DNA of 64,000 nucleotides from the NCBI GenBank assembly GCA_040389905.1, contig JAZJZK010000027.1, forward strand, positions 1 through 64,000, read 5' to 3'. Positions 50,744 through 60,580 of this stretch are shown here, piece by piece. Position 1 is the first letter of the stretch, and the number at the start of each line of letters is the position of its first letter. The DNA is from Gemmatimonadota bacterium. Lineage in GTDB: Bacteria > Gemmatimonadota > Gemmatimonadetes > Gemmatimonadales > Gemmatimonadaceae. The notes below the pieces were generated by a model, which saw only the letters and a list, made by a program, of their open reading frames with translations, made no database searches and had not been told where the DNA came from. A program made the translations under genes and the position numbers.

Positions 50744-51721
50744 ATGAAACGCTCTTCGACACTCACGTGGGACCAGCTGCGCGTCGGCCTCGTCATTCTC
50801 CTCGCCGTAGGAGTCATCGGCGTCGCCGTCTACAAGCTGGGAGAATCCGCCAATCTCTTCGCCAAGCGCTACGAACTCATTGCCTATCTGCCGGATGCAA
50901 ACGGGTTGAAGGTAGGGGGCTCGGTGATGATCGCTGGCCAACTCGCCGGCATCGTGGAGAAGATCGATTTCCTTCCCGTGGATGCGGATACGACGCGCAA
51001 CCTGAAGCTCACGCTCAAGGTCGACGTCAACCTCCGCGAGCAGATCCGCCGCGACTCGCGCGGGAAGTTGCGAACACTCGGACTGTTAGGGGACAAGGTG
51101 TTCGACATTTCGCCGGGAACGCCGCGGACGCAGCCGCTCGCGGAGGGCGACACCGTCTCCATCACCGCCGTCCTCGACTATGACGCGGTCATCGCACAGG
51201 CGAGCGGTGCCGTCACGGACATGGTTTCGCTCACGCGTGACCTCCGCGCCATCACCGGCGGCATCGTCCGAGGTGAGGGCTCGCTCGGGAAACTCGTCAC
51301 GGATCGCACCCTCTACGATCAGCTCAACAACACGTTGGCGCGCGCCAATACGATGCTGGCGAGTCTTCAGAATCCCAACGGGACGATGGGACGCATGCTC
51401 AACGATCCCTCGCTCTACAACAAGCTCATTGGCGTCATCAGCTCCACCGACTCGCTGATCATGTCGATCAATTCGAGTAAGGGCACGGCGGGCATGCTGC
51501 TGCGTGATTCGACGCTCTACAAGAACATGGTGGGGATCACCGTCGGGGCGGACTCCTTGCTCAAATCCTTATCGAACGGAAAGGGAACCGTTGGCCGATT
51601 CCTCACGGATCAGACGCTCTACGACCAGGTCAACAAACTCGTGACGGACCTGAGCGCCATTCTTGCTGACATCCGAAAGGATCCCAGCAAATACACGAAG
51701 GGCATCATCAAGGTTTTCTAG
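50744..51721 (+). CDS. mlaD: MCE-domain (MlaD family) protein with helical repeats
   Basis: N-terminal TM, ANGLKVGGSV, TLGLLGDKV, repeated GxGxxGxLxxDxxLY. Confidence 0.88.
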   Translation: MKRSSTLTWDQLRVGLVILLAVGVIGVAVYKLGESANLFAKRYELIAYLPDANGLKVGGSVMIAGQLAGIVEKIDFLPVDADTTRNLKLTLKVDVNLREQIRRDSRGKLRTLGLLGDKVFDISPGTPRTQPLAEGDTVSITAVLDYDAVIAQASGAVTDMVSLTRDLRAITGGIVRGEGSLGKLVTDRTLYDQLNNTLARANTMLASLQNPNGTMGRMLNDPSLYNKLIGVISSTDSLIMSINSSKGTAGMLLRDSTLYKNMVGITVGADSLLKSLSNGKGTVGRFLTDQTLYDQVNKLVTDLSAILADIRKDPSKYTKGIIKVF

Positions 51722-51748
51722 CACCGTCAGACATACCATGCACAGCAC

Positions 51749-51777
51749 TTGCCCCGCCACTCGCGTCGGACTAAAAT
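51749..51777 (+). promoter_or_regulatory. Putative sigma70-type promoter for tRNA-Val
   Basis: TTGCCC (51749-54) - 17 nt - TAAAAT (51772-77), followed by hairpin 51783-51807. Confidence 0.5.
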
Positions 51778-51812
51778 CCGGATTCCGGTACCTGACAGGT
51801 ATCGGAACATCC

Positions 51813-51886
51813 GGTCGCGTAGCTCAGCTGGTTAGAGCGCTGCTTTCACACAGCAGAGGTCCACGGTTCGAGTCCGTGCGTGACCA
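51813..51886 (+). tRNA. tRNA-Val(CAC); CCA not encoded
   Basis: GGTCGCG/CGTGACC acceptor, CTGCT-TTCACAC-AGCAG anticodon arm, GGTTCGAGTCC. Confidence 0.95.
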
Positions 51887-51902
51887 CTCGGTTGCCCGCA
51901 AT

Positions 51903-54425
51903 GTGAGGCGGTCACTCTTTGTGGCCGCCTCTTTGCTGCCCGGCAGCGTCGCCGTCGCGCAACTTCCGACGACGAAACCCACGGCGGCCCAGGCGCAAAC
52001 GCTCCTGCAGACCCGCCCCGATCTCGTCGCGCAACTCAGGCAGCGCTTCGCGACGGCCGGCATGACCAAGGAGCAGGTGCACGCACGCCTGCGGGCCGAG
52101 GGATATCCCGAGGACATGCTCGACGCCTACCTGCCGGGCATTACGGGGAACGCGGCCGAGCCGACCGATGATGTCTTTCGCGCCGTGCGGGCGCTCGGCA
52201 TCGCGGACGCCGAAGAGATTGCCGTGTTGCAAGGCGCGAACGCCGGTCAGGGTGTCCGAAGCAGTGGCGACGCACGCGCTGGCGTGGCAGCGGTCAGCGA
52301 CACGCTGCGTTCCGCGCGGAGCGCGACGGACAGCGCGGCGATCGTGCGCTCCGCCAACGATAGCGGGTTTACCGTGTTCGGCCTCGACATTTTCCGTGGA
52401 TCGACGACGCAATTCGATCCGAACGTCAACGGACCGATCGACGACAACTACCGGCTCGGGCCTGGTGACAAGCTCGTGTTGATCCTGACCGGCGATGTCG
52501 AGGCGAGCTACTCGCTCGATGTCACACGCGAAGGGTTCGTCGTCATTCCGTCGGTCGGCGAGGTGCACGTTGCGAGTTTGACGCTCGGCCAGTTGCGCGC
52601 ACTGTTGGCATCCCGGCTTTCGCGCGTGTACTCGGGCATTCGCGCCAACAATCAGGGAACGACGCGCTTTTCGATCAACGTGGCCCGGTTGCGATCGAAT
52701 CAGGTGTACGTGCTCGGCGATGTGTTGCGCCCAGCCAGCTATGTGGTGTCGAGCGCCGGAACGGCGCTCACGGCGCTCTATGCCGCCGGCGGGCCGACGA
52801 TCAATGGCTCGCTGCGGCGCGTTGAAATCCGGAGGGCAGGCAGTAGCGCCGGAACGGTCGACCTGTACGACTACATCCTTCGTGGCGACGCCTCCCATGA
52901 TCTGCGGCTGGAAACCGGGGACGTCGTATTCGTGCCGGTTCACGGTGCGCGCGTTCGCATCGTTGGCGAGATCGCGCGGCCGGCCACCTACGAACTGCTG
53001 CCAGGGGAAACGCTCACCGACGTGGTGCGAAACGCGGGCGGGTTCCGCGTGACGGCCGCGCGGCAACGAGTACTCGTCGACCGTATCATGCCGCCCGGTG
53101 AGCGGCGCGCCCCGGGCTTCGATCGGGTCACGATCGATGTGGCATCCGAGGCGGGGCTCGCCGCCGCGGGATTCGCGCTGCAGGACGGCGACGTCGTGCA
53201 CGTCCTTGCGATTGCGGACCGTGTGCGCAATCGCATCTCGATTACGGGCAACGTCTACCAGCCGGGCGCGCAGGGCTACACGCCTGGCATGCGATTGTCC
53301 GACGCGCTGCGCAAGGCGGGCGGCCTTCAGCCGGACACGTATCTCGGACAGGTCCTCATCTCGCGTCTCCGCAGCGACTCGACGCGCGCGCAACTGCGCG
53401 CGACGCTGGCTGACACCACAGGTCGGGTGATCGATGACCCCGCGCTTCAGGAGGACGATCAGGTCACGGTGTTCTCGCTGACGTCGTTCCGGCCGGAACG
53501 CTACGTCTCGATCGGCGGTGCGATTCGGAACGGCAACCGCTTTCCGTACCGCGAGGGGATGACGCTGCGCGACCTCATTCTTCTTGCGGGCGGCGTCCAG
53601 GAGAGCGCCTACCTGAAGGAAGCCGAGATCGCACGCCTTCCCGCGAGTCGTGACAGCGGTCGCACCGCGACGACGATTCGCGTGGCGCTTGACTCGACGT
53701 ACCTCCCGGAGCGGAAGCCCAATGGCGACTACCGTGGCGCGCCCGGCCTACCAACGAGCGCGAGCGGCGCACCGGAAGTCATCCTGCAGCCGTATGACAA
53801 CGTCCTCATCCTCCGGCAACCGAGTTGGGAACTGCAGCGCACGGTCCTGCTTCAAGGCGAAGTGCGATTCCCAGGAGCCTATTCGTTGGAGACGAAAAGC
53901 GAACGGTTGTCCGACCTGATCGCGCGTGCGGGTGGGCTGACGGACGAAGCGTATGCGGACGGCATCGTCTTTCTCCGCGCACAGGGCGGTGTCGGTCGCG
54001 TTGGCGTGGATCTCTCCGCGGCGCTCAGAAGCCGAGAGAGCAGCGACAATCTCATCCTCCGCGACGGTGACAACATCACCGTGCCGGCGTTCAATTCCGT
54101 CGTTACCATTCGCGGGGCAGTGAACCAACCGTCGACGGTGGCGTATGTTCGCGGGATGGGCATCGACTACTACATTGGGGCCGCAGGAGGCGCCGCCAAG
54201 AACGGCGACGACGGCCGCGCCTATGTCGCCCAGCCGAGTGGAAAGCTCGAGTCGGTGCGCCGGCACTTTCTGCGTCCGACCTCGATGCCCCGTCCGAAAC
54301 CTGGCAGCGTCGTTACCGTTCCCGAGCTCGATCCGAGTGACAAGAAAGATTTCGTTGCGCTGGCAGGCAGTGTGGCGCAGATCATCGCGGGAACGGTCGC
54401 AATCATCGTGGCGCTTCGGCGCTGA
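51903..54425 (+). CDS. SLBB-domain polysaccharide export protein (Wza/KpsD-like)
   Basis: NYRLGPGDKL, multiple SLBB repeats (ALYAAGG, LRKAGGL, LIARAGGL); GTG start just after tRNA inferred. Confidence 0.88.
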   Translation: MRRSLFVAASLLPGSVAVAQLPTTKPTAAQAQTLLQTRPDLVAQLRQRFATAGMTKEQVHARLRAEGYPEDMLDAYLPGITGNAAEPTDDVFRAVRALGIADAEEIAVLQGANAGQGVRSSGDARAGVAAVSDTLRSARSATDSAAIVRSANDSGFTVFGLDIFRGSTTQFDPNVNGPIDDNYRLGPGDKLVLILTGDVEASYSLDVTREGFVVIPSVGEVHVASLTLGQLRALLASRLSRVYSGIRANNQGTTRFSINVARLRSNQVYVLGDVLRPASYVVSSAGTALTALYAAGGPTINGSLRRVEIRRAGSSAGTVDLYDYILRGDASHDLRLETGDVVFVPVHGARVRIVGEIARPATYELLPGETLTDVVRNAGGFRVTAARQRVLVDRIMPPGERRAPGFDRVTIDVASEAGLAAAGFALQDGDVVHVLAIADRVRNRISITGNVYQPGAQGYTPGMRLSDALRKAGGLQPDTYLGQVLISRLRSDSTRAQLRATLADTTGRVIDDPALQEDDQVTVFSLTSFRPERYVSIGGAIRNGNRFPYREGMTLRDLILLAGGVQESAYLKEAEIARLPASRDSGRTATTIRVALDSTYLPERKPNGDYRGAPGLPTSASGAPEVILQPYDNVLILRQPSWELQRTVLLQGEVRFPGAYSLETKSERLSDLIARAGGLTDEAYADGIVFLRAQGGVGRVGVDLSAALRSRESSDNLILRDGDNITVPAFNSVVTIRGAVNQPSTVAYVRGMGIDYYIGAAGGAAKNGDDGRAYVAQPSGKLESVRRHFLRPTSMPRPKPGSVVTVPELDPSDKKDFVALAGSVAQIIAGTVAIIVALRR

Positions 54426-54428
54426 CGC

Positions 54429-55340
54429 ATGACCGTGGAGCGCGCGCGCGTCTTTCGCGATTCGCGTGCGCCCTACGTGCTCGCAGCGGCGCTACTGGGC
54501 ATCTCGATGTCCGGGCCGCTGGTTCGCCTATCGCATGCACATCCACTGGCGATCGCCACTTGGAGACTGGGCTTCTCGCTCGTCGTCATCGCGGCCATGC
54601 TGGTGCTCACCGGCGAATGGCGTGCGCTCCTGCGGTTGACGCGCGTCGAAGTCGGGATCGCGGCGGGAGCGGGCGTCATGCTCGCCTTTCACTTCTGGAG
54701 CTGGAACGCGTCCGTTCAGCTCACGAGTGTGGCCGCATCCGTCATGCTCGTGAATATGCAACCGGTCGTTGTGGCCGTGCTTTCGGCGGTCTGGTTGCAC
54801 GAGCGACCAACCTCGAGGCAATGGGCGGGGATCGTCGTCGGGATCCTGGGTGCGATCATCGTGGCGTCGCCCGACCTGCTGCATGCCCAGGGCGTGACTG
54901 CGGCGCACCCCAGGGCGATCCTTGGTGATATCCTGGCGCTCGTGGGCGCTGTGACGGCTGCCATTTACTACGTCGCAGGACGGCGGCTCCGGACGACACT
55001 TGGGCTGTGGCCCTACGTTGCACTGGTCTACGGCGTCTGTCTACTTAGCCTGATCGCGCTTGTGTGGTTGAATGACGCCCCCCTCGCTCCCCAGCCTCCA
55101 CGCGAGTTGGGGATTTTCGTCGCCTTGGCACTCGGCCCTATGTTGCTGGGTCATACGGGACTCAACTGGGCGCTCAAGTACTCGCCGGCGTATGTCGTCA
55201 ACGTCACCTTGCTCGGCGAGCCCATCGGCGCGACGCTGATCGCCGCGCTGCTGCCGGGAATACGAGAGGTTCCCGGGCCGGCGACGTTTGTCGGAGGCGC
55301 GGTGGTGTTGGCGGGGATACTCATGACGGCCCGGAAATAG
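54429..55340 (+). CDS. DMT/EamA family transporter
   Basis: ~10 TMs, two EamA repeats, GHTGLNWAL, LGEPIGA. Confidence 0.9.
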   Translation: MTVERARVFRDSRAPYVLAAALLGISMSGPLVRLSHAHPLAIATWRLGFSLVVIAAMLVLTGEWRALLRLTRVEVGIAAGAGVMLAFHFWSWNASVQLTSVAASVMLVNMQPVVVAVLSAVWLHERPTSRQWAGIVVGILGAIIVASPDLLHAQGVTAAHPRAILGDILALVGAVTAAIYYVAGRRLRTTLGLWPYVALVYGVCLLSLIALVWLNDAPLAPQPPRELGIFVALALGPMLLGHTGLNWALKYSPAYVVNVTLLGEPIGATLIAALLPGIREVPGPATFVGGAVVLAGILMTARK

Positions 55341-55519
55341 CCTCCGTTCTCTCGGACATGATGCGCCCGACGTCAGCTGTGTCAGGTATTCAGCGATCAG
55401 CCACCGCAGGCTGCAGCTGGCTACGGGGGCACCTGCCTCATCTGAGTCCGGCGTGGCGCGAGTTTGGACGGTGAGAGCCCACGCGTGATTAGCTTTCGCC
55501 GGACCCCCACCGCGCGCGC

Positions 55520-56515
55520 ATGAAGTCCCTCTCTCTCGATGTGATCGTCACCCGCGGCGCCGTCGTCGAGTCCCGGCACCGCGTGCATGCGGCCGTCGTG
55601 AATTCTGCCGGCGACCTCACGGCCACGGCACGCGACCCGTCACTCGTCTCGCATTGGCGATCCTGCGCCAAGCCGTTTCAGATCATGCCGCTGATCGAGA
55701 GTGGCGGCTTCGATTCCGTCGGGTGGGGTGACGATCAGCTCGCGCTCGCATGCGGCTCGCATGGCGGCGAACCAGAGCACGTGGCGATTGCCCAAGCCAT
55801 GCTCTCGTCGATCGGCCTGGAGGAAGGTGACCTCGCATGCGGTCCGCACGAACCCTTGGCGAGCCGAGGGCAAAAGGTGCTCCGCGAAACGACCGGCCGA
55901 CCGACGCGCTTGCACAACAACTGCTCCGGCAAACACTCGGCGATGCTCGCGCGTGCATTGGCCGCTCGCTGGCCTACCGTCGGCTATGAACGCGAAGATC
56001 ACCCTGTGCAGCAATCCTGTCTCGCAGAAGTTGCGAAATGGACTGGCGTGCCGGCCGGTGACATTCCCCTCGCGGTCGATGGCTGCGGCTGCGTCGTGTT
56101 CGCGCTTCCCCTCGACGCGATGGCGCGCTCATACGCGCGTTTGGCCGATGGGGCGCGCCGCTCGCACGAGATTCCGTCTCGCGTCATCCACGCGATGCAA
56201 ACGCGCCCGTTCCTGGTGGGTGGAAGCGATCGGTTCGACTCGGCGCTCATTGAAGTGACCAACGGCCGAGTCGTTGCCAAGGTCGGCGCGGAGGGCGTGC
56301 ATTCGATCGCGTTGATCGACGACGGAATCGGAATCGCGATCAAAGTCGAGGACGGCGCCCAACGCGCCCAGTTCCCGGCCGTGATCAGCGTTCTCCAGCA
56401 TTTTGGCCAATTGCCCCGCGACCTGCCTCCCCGGCTTCTCGATTTCACCTATCGCCAGCTTCGCAACACCCGCGGGGAAATCGTTGGTGAGGTACGCCCA
56501 CTGGACGCGTCATGA
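55520..56515 (+). CDS. L-asparaginase II family (Rhizobium type)
   Basis: VESRH, RSCAKPFQ, CGSHGGE, HNNCSGKH, DGCG, AKVGAEGV. Confidence 0.9.
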   Translation: MKSLSLDVIVTRGAVVESRHRVHAAVVNSAGDLTATARDPSLVSHWRSCAKPFQIMPLIESGGFDSVGWGDDQLALACGSHGGEPEHVAIAQAMLSSIGLEEGDLACGPHEPLASRGQKVLRETTGRPTRLHNNCSGKHSAMLARALAARWPTVGYEREDHPVQQSCLAEVAKWTGVPAGDIPLAVDGCGCVVFALPLDAMARSYARLADGARRSHEIPSRVIHAMQTRPFLVGGSDRFDSALIEVTNGRVVAKVGAEGVHSIALIDDGIGIAIKVEDGAQRAQFPAVISVLQHFGQLPRDLPPRLLDFTYRQLRNTRGEIVGEVRPLDAS

Positions 56516-56552
56516 CCGGGAGTGCGATGCCCGCTGCGCGAACTGGGCTGGA

Positions 56553-56641
56553 TGTCATCCCGAGCGAAGTCGAGGGATCTGCACCTTCAGTCTGGGTTTA
56601 AGGTGCAGACCCTCGACTCGCGTCGCTCGCTCGGGGTGACA
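56553..56641. repeat. Inverted REP pair
   Basis: TGTCATCCCGAGCGAAGTCGAGGGATCTGCACCTT ... AAGGTGCAGACCCTCGACT...CGCTCGGGGTGACA. Confidence 0.85.
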
Positions 56642-56682
56642 GCGCTTGGAATTGGCCGTTTCGTGAGAGGAATTAGCCTCGC

Positions 56683-57312
56683 ATGACGACCGCACCATTG
56701 TCGACGCTCGACGAGCCGACCAGCATCCTGGTGCAGCTGGCGGCACACATCGCCGGCTCGGCCGAGCCGGAGGTTCGCGGAGCGTTCTCCGCGGCGGTCG
56801 GCCGCGTGCCGACGGAATGGGTCGAGGAACTCATCGTCCAGAGCTATCTCTTCTGCGGCTTTCCCCGCGCGCTGAATGCGGCGCGCGAGTGGCGTCGAGC
56901 GTCTTCGGAATTGGCTCCGATTACCGATGAGGGCGACGACCTGCGCCGCATCGCCGAGTGGCAGACGCGTGGACAAGTCACCTGTGCGGCCGTCTATGGC
57001 TCCATGTACGACAAGTTGCGGGTCAACGTCCGTGCCCTGCATCCTGCACTCGACGCCGCGATGCTCGTCGAAGGCTACGGCAAGATCCTGAGCCGGCCGG
57101 GGCTGGATCTTCCGCGGCGCGAACTCTGTATCGTCGCCGCGTGCGCGGTGACAGGGCAGGAGCGCCAGCTTCATTCGCACCTGCACGGCGCGCTCAACGT
57201 CGGCGTTTCCAGCGCGGCGCTCGCCGCCGCCCTCGACGCGCTCGAGTCGATTCTCGGAACCGAACGCACGAGATCGGCGCGACTCCTGCTCGCCCGGGTC
57301 GCCGCCGGGTAG
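56683..57312 (+). CDS. Carboxymuconolactone decarboxylase (AhpD-like) family protein
   Basis: LFCGFPRALNA, SRPGLDLPRRELC, QLHSHLHGALNVG. Confidence 0.85.
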   Translation: MTTAPLSTLDEPTSILVQLAAHIAGSAEPEVRGAFSAAVGRVPTEWVEELIVQSYLFCGFPRALNAAREWRRASSELAPITDEGDDLRRIAEWQTRGQVTCAAVYGSMYDKLRVNVRALHPALDAAMLVEGYGKILSRPGLDLPRRELCIVAACAVTGQERQLHSHLHGALNVGVSSAALAAALDALESILGTERTRSARLLLARVAAG

Positions 57313-57401
57313 CTTTCGGATTGCACGAAAACGATGTCCCCTGCGGCAGAACGATCACGCACTCTCTGCCGGTGGGTTCTACCTTCTCTCGAGTCAACAA
57401 G

Positions 57402-58421
57402 ATGTTCATCGACCGCGTCATCGTCCGCGTCGCCGCCGGTTCCGGCGGCTCGGGCATCGCCAGCTTCCGCCGCGAAAAGTTTGCACCCATGGGCGGGCCC
57501 GATGGCGGAGACGGAGGCAAAGGAGGAGACGTCATCGTGCGTGCCGATAGTAACCTCGCGACCCTGCTCGACTACACGTACCGCAACCAGTGGGAAGCGG
57601 AACGCGGCGAGCATGGCAGCGGCTCGAACAAGACCGGCCGTTCCGGCGCCGATATCGTGCTGCCCGTTCCCCCCGGCACCATCATTCGCAACAAGGACAC
57701 GGGCGAAATCCTCGGCGAAACGCTCGAGGATGGCGACACCTTCACCGTCGCCAAGGGTGGTCGCGGCGGGAAGGGAAACTCATGGTTTGCAACCTCCGTT
57801 CACCGCAGTCCGCGAGAATGGCAGCCCGGGGAAGACGGCATCGAGTTGACCCTCGAGTTCGAGCTCAAGCTCATCGCCGATGTCGGCCTCGTGGGCCAGC
57901 CGAACGCCGGCAAATCGACGTTGCTGTCGGTGATTAGCGCGGCGACTCCCAAGATTGGCGACTATCCATTCACGACGCTTGAGCCCAACCTTGGCGTCGT
58001 GCAGATGAGCGACCAACGGACGTTCGTCGTCGCGGACATCCCCGGCATCATCGAAGGCGCGCACGAGGGGAAGGGGCTGGGCCTCCAGTTTCTGCGACAC
58101 ATCGAGCGGACGCGGTTGTTGGCGTTTCTCGTCCCCATCGATTCGATGGATTGGCAGGCTGAGTACGACCAGCTCCGTGCAGAGATCGCACAGTATTCGA
58201 GTGAGTTGGCGGAAAAGCCGCATTGTGTGGTCTTCACGAAGATGGACCTGCTGGGCGAGGATGAGCCTGCCCCAATCGATGCGCCAGATGCGTTCGGCGT
58301 CTATGCGATTTCGGCCGCAGGGCGTGGAGGACTGGAGGAGCTCAAGCTCGCGTGGTGGCGCCGGTTGCTGGAGATGCGCAAAGCGTCGCTGGAGCCGGTC
58401 AAGGATGTGGTGCTGCCCTGA
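57402..58421 (+). CDS. obgE: GTPase ObgE/CgtA
   Basis: MFIDRV, GGPDGGDGG, GQPNAGKST, YPFTTLEPNLG, DIPGIIEGA. Confidence 0.97.
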   Translation: MFIDRVIVRVAAGSGGSGIASFRREKFAPMGGPDGGDGGKGGDVIVRADSNLATLLDYTYRNQWEAERGEHGSGSNKTGRSGADIVLPVPPGTIIRNKDTGEILGETLEDGDTFTVAKGGRGGKGNSWFATSVHRSPREWQPGEDGIELTLEFELKLIADVGLVGQPNAGKSTLLSVISAATPKIGDYPFTTLEPNLGVVQMSDQRTFVVADIPGIIEGAHEGKGLGLQFLRHIERTRLLAFLVPIDSMDWQAEYDQLRAEIAQYSSELAEKPHCVVFTKMDLLGEDEPAPIDAPDAFGVYAISAAGRGGLEELKLAWWRRLLEMRKASLEPVKDVVLP

Positions 58422-59263
58422 GGGTCGCTCTCCGGCGCGGCGGTGACGGCTACCCGCAGGAGCTTCTGGACTTGCCGCATCCCCCGGCCACACTCTGGGC
58501 GCGCGGCAACCTCTCCGTTCTCGCGCAGCCGTGCGTCGCCATTGTGGGAACGCGGCGGGCCACGCCGTACGCCACGCGCGTCGCGCGAGAGTTGGGCCGC
58601 TCGCTCGCGAGAGCCGGAGCATGCGTCGTCAGCGGGCTCGCCCGTGGCGTGGATGCCGAGGCGCACCGCGGAGCGCTCGATGTCGGTGGCGCGACGTGCG
58701 CGGTGCTCGGCACTGGGCTCGATGTCGTGTTTCCAAAGGGTCATGCACAACTGCAGGCCGACATCGCGGCGCGCGGCCTGCTGCTTTCGGAGCTCGAGCC
58801 GCAACACGCTGCGCACCGCGGCTCCTTCCCGAACCGAAACCGGATCATCGCCGCGTTGTCGAAGGCGACCATCGTCGTCGAAGCACCGTTGCTGAGCGGC
58901 GCGCTGATCACGTCGAGAGTCGCATTCGAACTCGGCCGGAGTGTCGGTGCTATTCCAGGTCCAATCGATGTTCCGCAATCCCAAGGCAGCAACGAGGTGC
59001 TCAGGGACTATGGCTGCGCGATCACCAGCATCACCGACGCCATTACCCTGATGGGGCTCAATGCTCCCATTCGGCTTGCGGAATTACCCGAAGGCTCCCC
59101 TGAGCGACGCATGTGGGAGGCTCTTGCCGACGGCGCGGCCGATCTCGATACGCTCTGCACGCGCTCGAGGCTTCCGGCACATGAAGGGATGGCGGCGGTG
59201 AGCGCGCTCGAGCTTCGCGGCTTGGTCGAGTGTGCGCTCACGGGAGAAATCCGGAGATCGTGA
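58418..59263 (+). CDS. dprA: DNA-processing protein DprA, short form (start uncertain: CTG 58418 or GTG 58352)
   Basis: AIVGTRRATPY, VSGLARGVD, FPNRNRIIA, SGALIT; C-terminal winged helix. Confidence 0.9.
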   Translation: MRVALRRGGDGYPQELLDLPHPPATLWARGNLSVLAQPCVAIVGTRRATPYATRVARELGRSLARAGACVVSGLARGVDAEAHRGALDVGGATCAVLGTGLDVVFPKGHAQLQADIAARGLLLSELEPQHAAHRGSFPNRNRIIAALSKATIVVEAPLLSGALITSRVAFELGRSVGAIPGPIDVPQSQGSNEVLRDYGCAITSITDAITLMGLNAPIRLAELPEGSPERRMWEALADGAADLDTLCTRSRLPAHEGMAAVSALELRGLVECALTGEIRRS

Positions 59264-59451
59264 TTCGCTCTGCAACGGGCCGGTCCAACTGATTGAGGAA
59301 CGGATTGGGCGGACTTGCACGGAGACCGCCGGATCATTCAATCGTTGGATCAGGAGTTTCTGTCGCATCCGGGTGAAGAAGCGATCTGGTTGTTTCCGTC
59401 GCATCCGTGAAATCCGCTCCTGAAGCAGGAATGATTCAGCGATATTCACTC

Positions 59452-60567
59452 GTGCCCCGCCACATCTACGTCCACGTTCCGTTCTGCGCTCGCCGCTGCT
59501 CGTACTGCGACTTTTCGATCGCCGTGCGACGCGCGGTGCCCGTTGACGAATACCTCGGCGCGCTCGGCGCGGAGCTTCGCACGCGTTTCGGCGAGCCACA
59601 GGGGCTGGAAGTCGACACGCTCTACTTCGGTGGCGGCACCCCATCGCGCCTCGGCGGCGAGGGCTTGGCGCGCGCTGTTACACTCGTGAGCGAATTCTTC
59701 CGGCCGGCGTCGGGTGCTGAAGTCACCGCGGAAGCCAATCCAGAAGACATCACGCCCGACGCTGTGCGCCGGTGGCGAATGGCGGGCCTCAATCGACTGT
59801 CACTGGGTGCCCAGTCCTTCGATGACCGCGTGTTGGCATGGATGCATCGGACGCATGACGCCACAGCCATCTCGCATGCGGTGCAGACAGCTCGGGATGG
59901 CGGGATCACAAATCTGTCGCTCGATCTCATCTTCGCCCTCCCGGAATCCCTTCAGCGTAACTTTGAAAGTGATGTTCGGCGGTTATTGGAGCTCTCGCCA
60001 GACCATGTTTCACTCTACGGGCTTACCGTCGAGCCGCAGACCGCCTTGGGGAAATGGGTCGCCGACGGAATAACTGTCGAACAGCCGGAAGAAGGGTACG
60101 AATCGGACTTCCTCCTCGCCAACGAGGCGTTGACCGCCGCCGGCCTGATCCACTACGAAGTATCCAACTACGCGATGCCAAACCGCCGGGCGCGACACAA
60201 TTCCGCATATTGGTCTGGGGCGGCGTACGTGGGGCTCGGCCCCGCCGCACACGGCTTCGATGGCCGCGTAAGGCGTTGGAACGCAAAACATTACGCGGAA
60301 TGGCGCGACCGGGCGGTGTCCGGCCTCGACCCTTTGGCGGGAGAGGAATCGCTCACGGAGGACAACAAGAGCGCCGAAGCGGTGTACCTCGGATTGCGAT
60401 CAGACGCCGGGCTCCCGATCATGCCGGGTGACGAAATCCTGACTGGCCGCTGGCGCGAGGAGGGATGGATTCACCTACCGTCGGATGACCGCATTCGCTG
60501 CACTGCAAGAGGGTGGCTCCGCCTCGATGCGCTCGCCGCCGCCTTGACGCATCACCGAAGTCGTTAG
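59452..60567 (+). CDS. hemW: Radical SAM heme chaperone HemW (start 59407-59452)
   Basis: YVHVPFCARRCSYCDF, YFGGGTPS, HYEVSNY, HNSAYW. Confidence 0.92.
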   Translation: MPRHIYVHVPFCARRCSYCDFSIAVRRAVPVDEYLGALGAELRTRFGEPQGLEVDTLYFGGGTPSRLGGEGLARAVTLVSEFFRPASGAEVTAEANPEDITPDAVRRWRMAGLNRLSLGAQSFDDRVLAWMHRTHDATAISHAVQTARDGGITNLSLDLIFALPESLQRNFESDVRRLLELSPDHVSLYGLTVEPQTALGKWVADGITVEQPEEGYESDFLLANEALTAAGLIHYEVSNYAMPNRRARHNSAYWSGAAYVGLGPAAHGFDGRVRRWNAKHYAEWRDRAVSGLDPLAGEESLTEDNKSAEAVYLGLRSDAGLPIMPGDEILTGRWREEGWIHLPSDDRIRCTARGWLRLDALAAALTHHRSR

Positions 60568-60580
60568 CATATTTACACTT

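Noticed and set aside
51663..51902. ORF-track 5' extension of the SLBB gene
   Set aside because: Runs through the end of mlaD and a clear tRNA-Val; a signal-peptide-like sequence begins only at ~51903
51912..53393. Long antisense ORFs (this 493-aa one; also 25133-26521, 42548-43771, 47733-48860, 5045-6028)
   Set aside because: Shadows of well-supported genes caused by high-GC codon bias; no recognisable motifs
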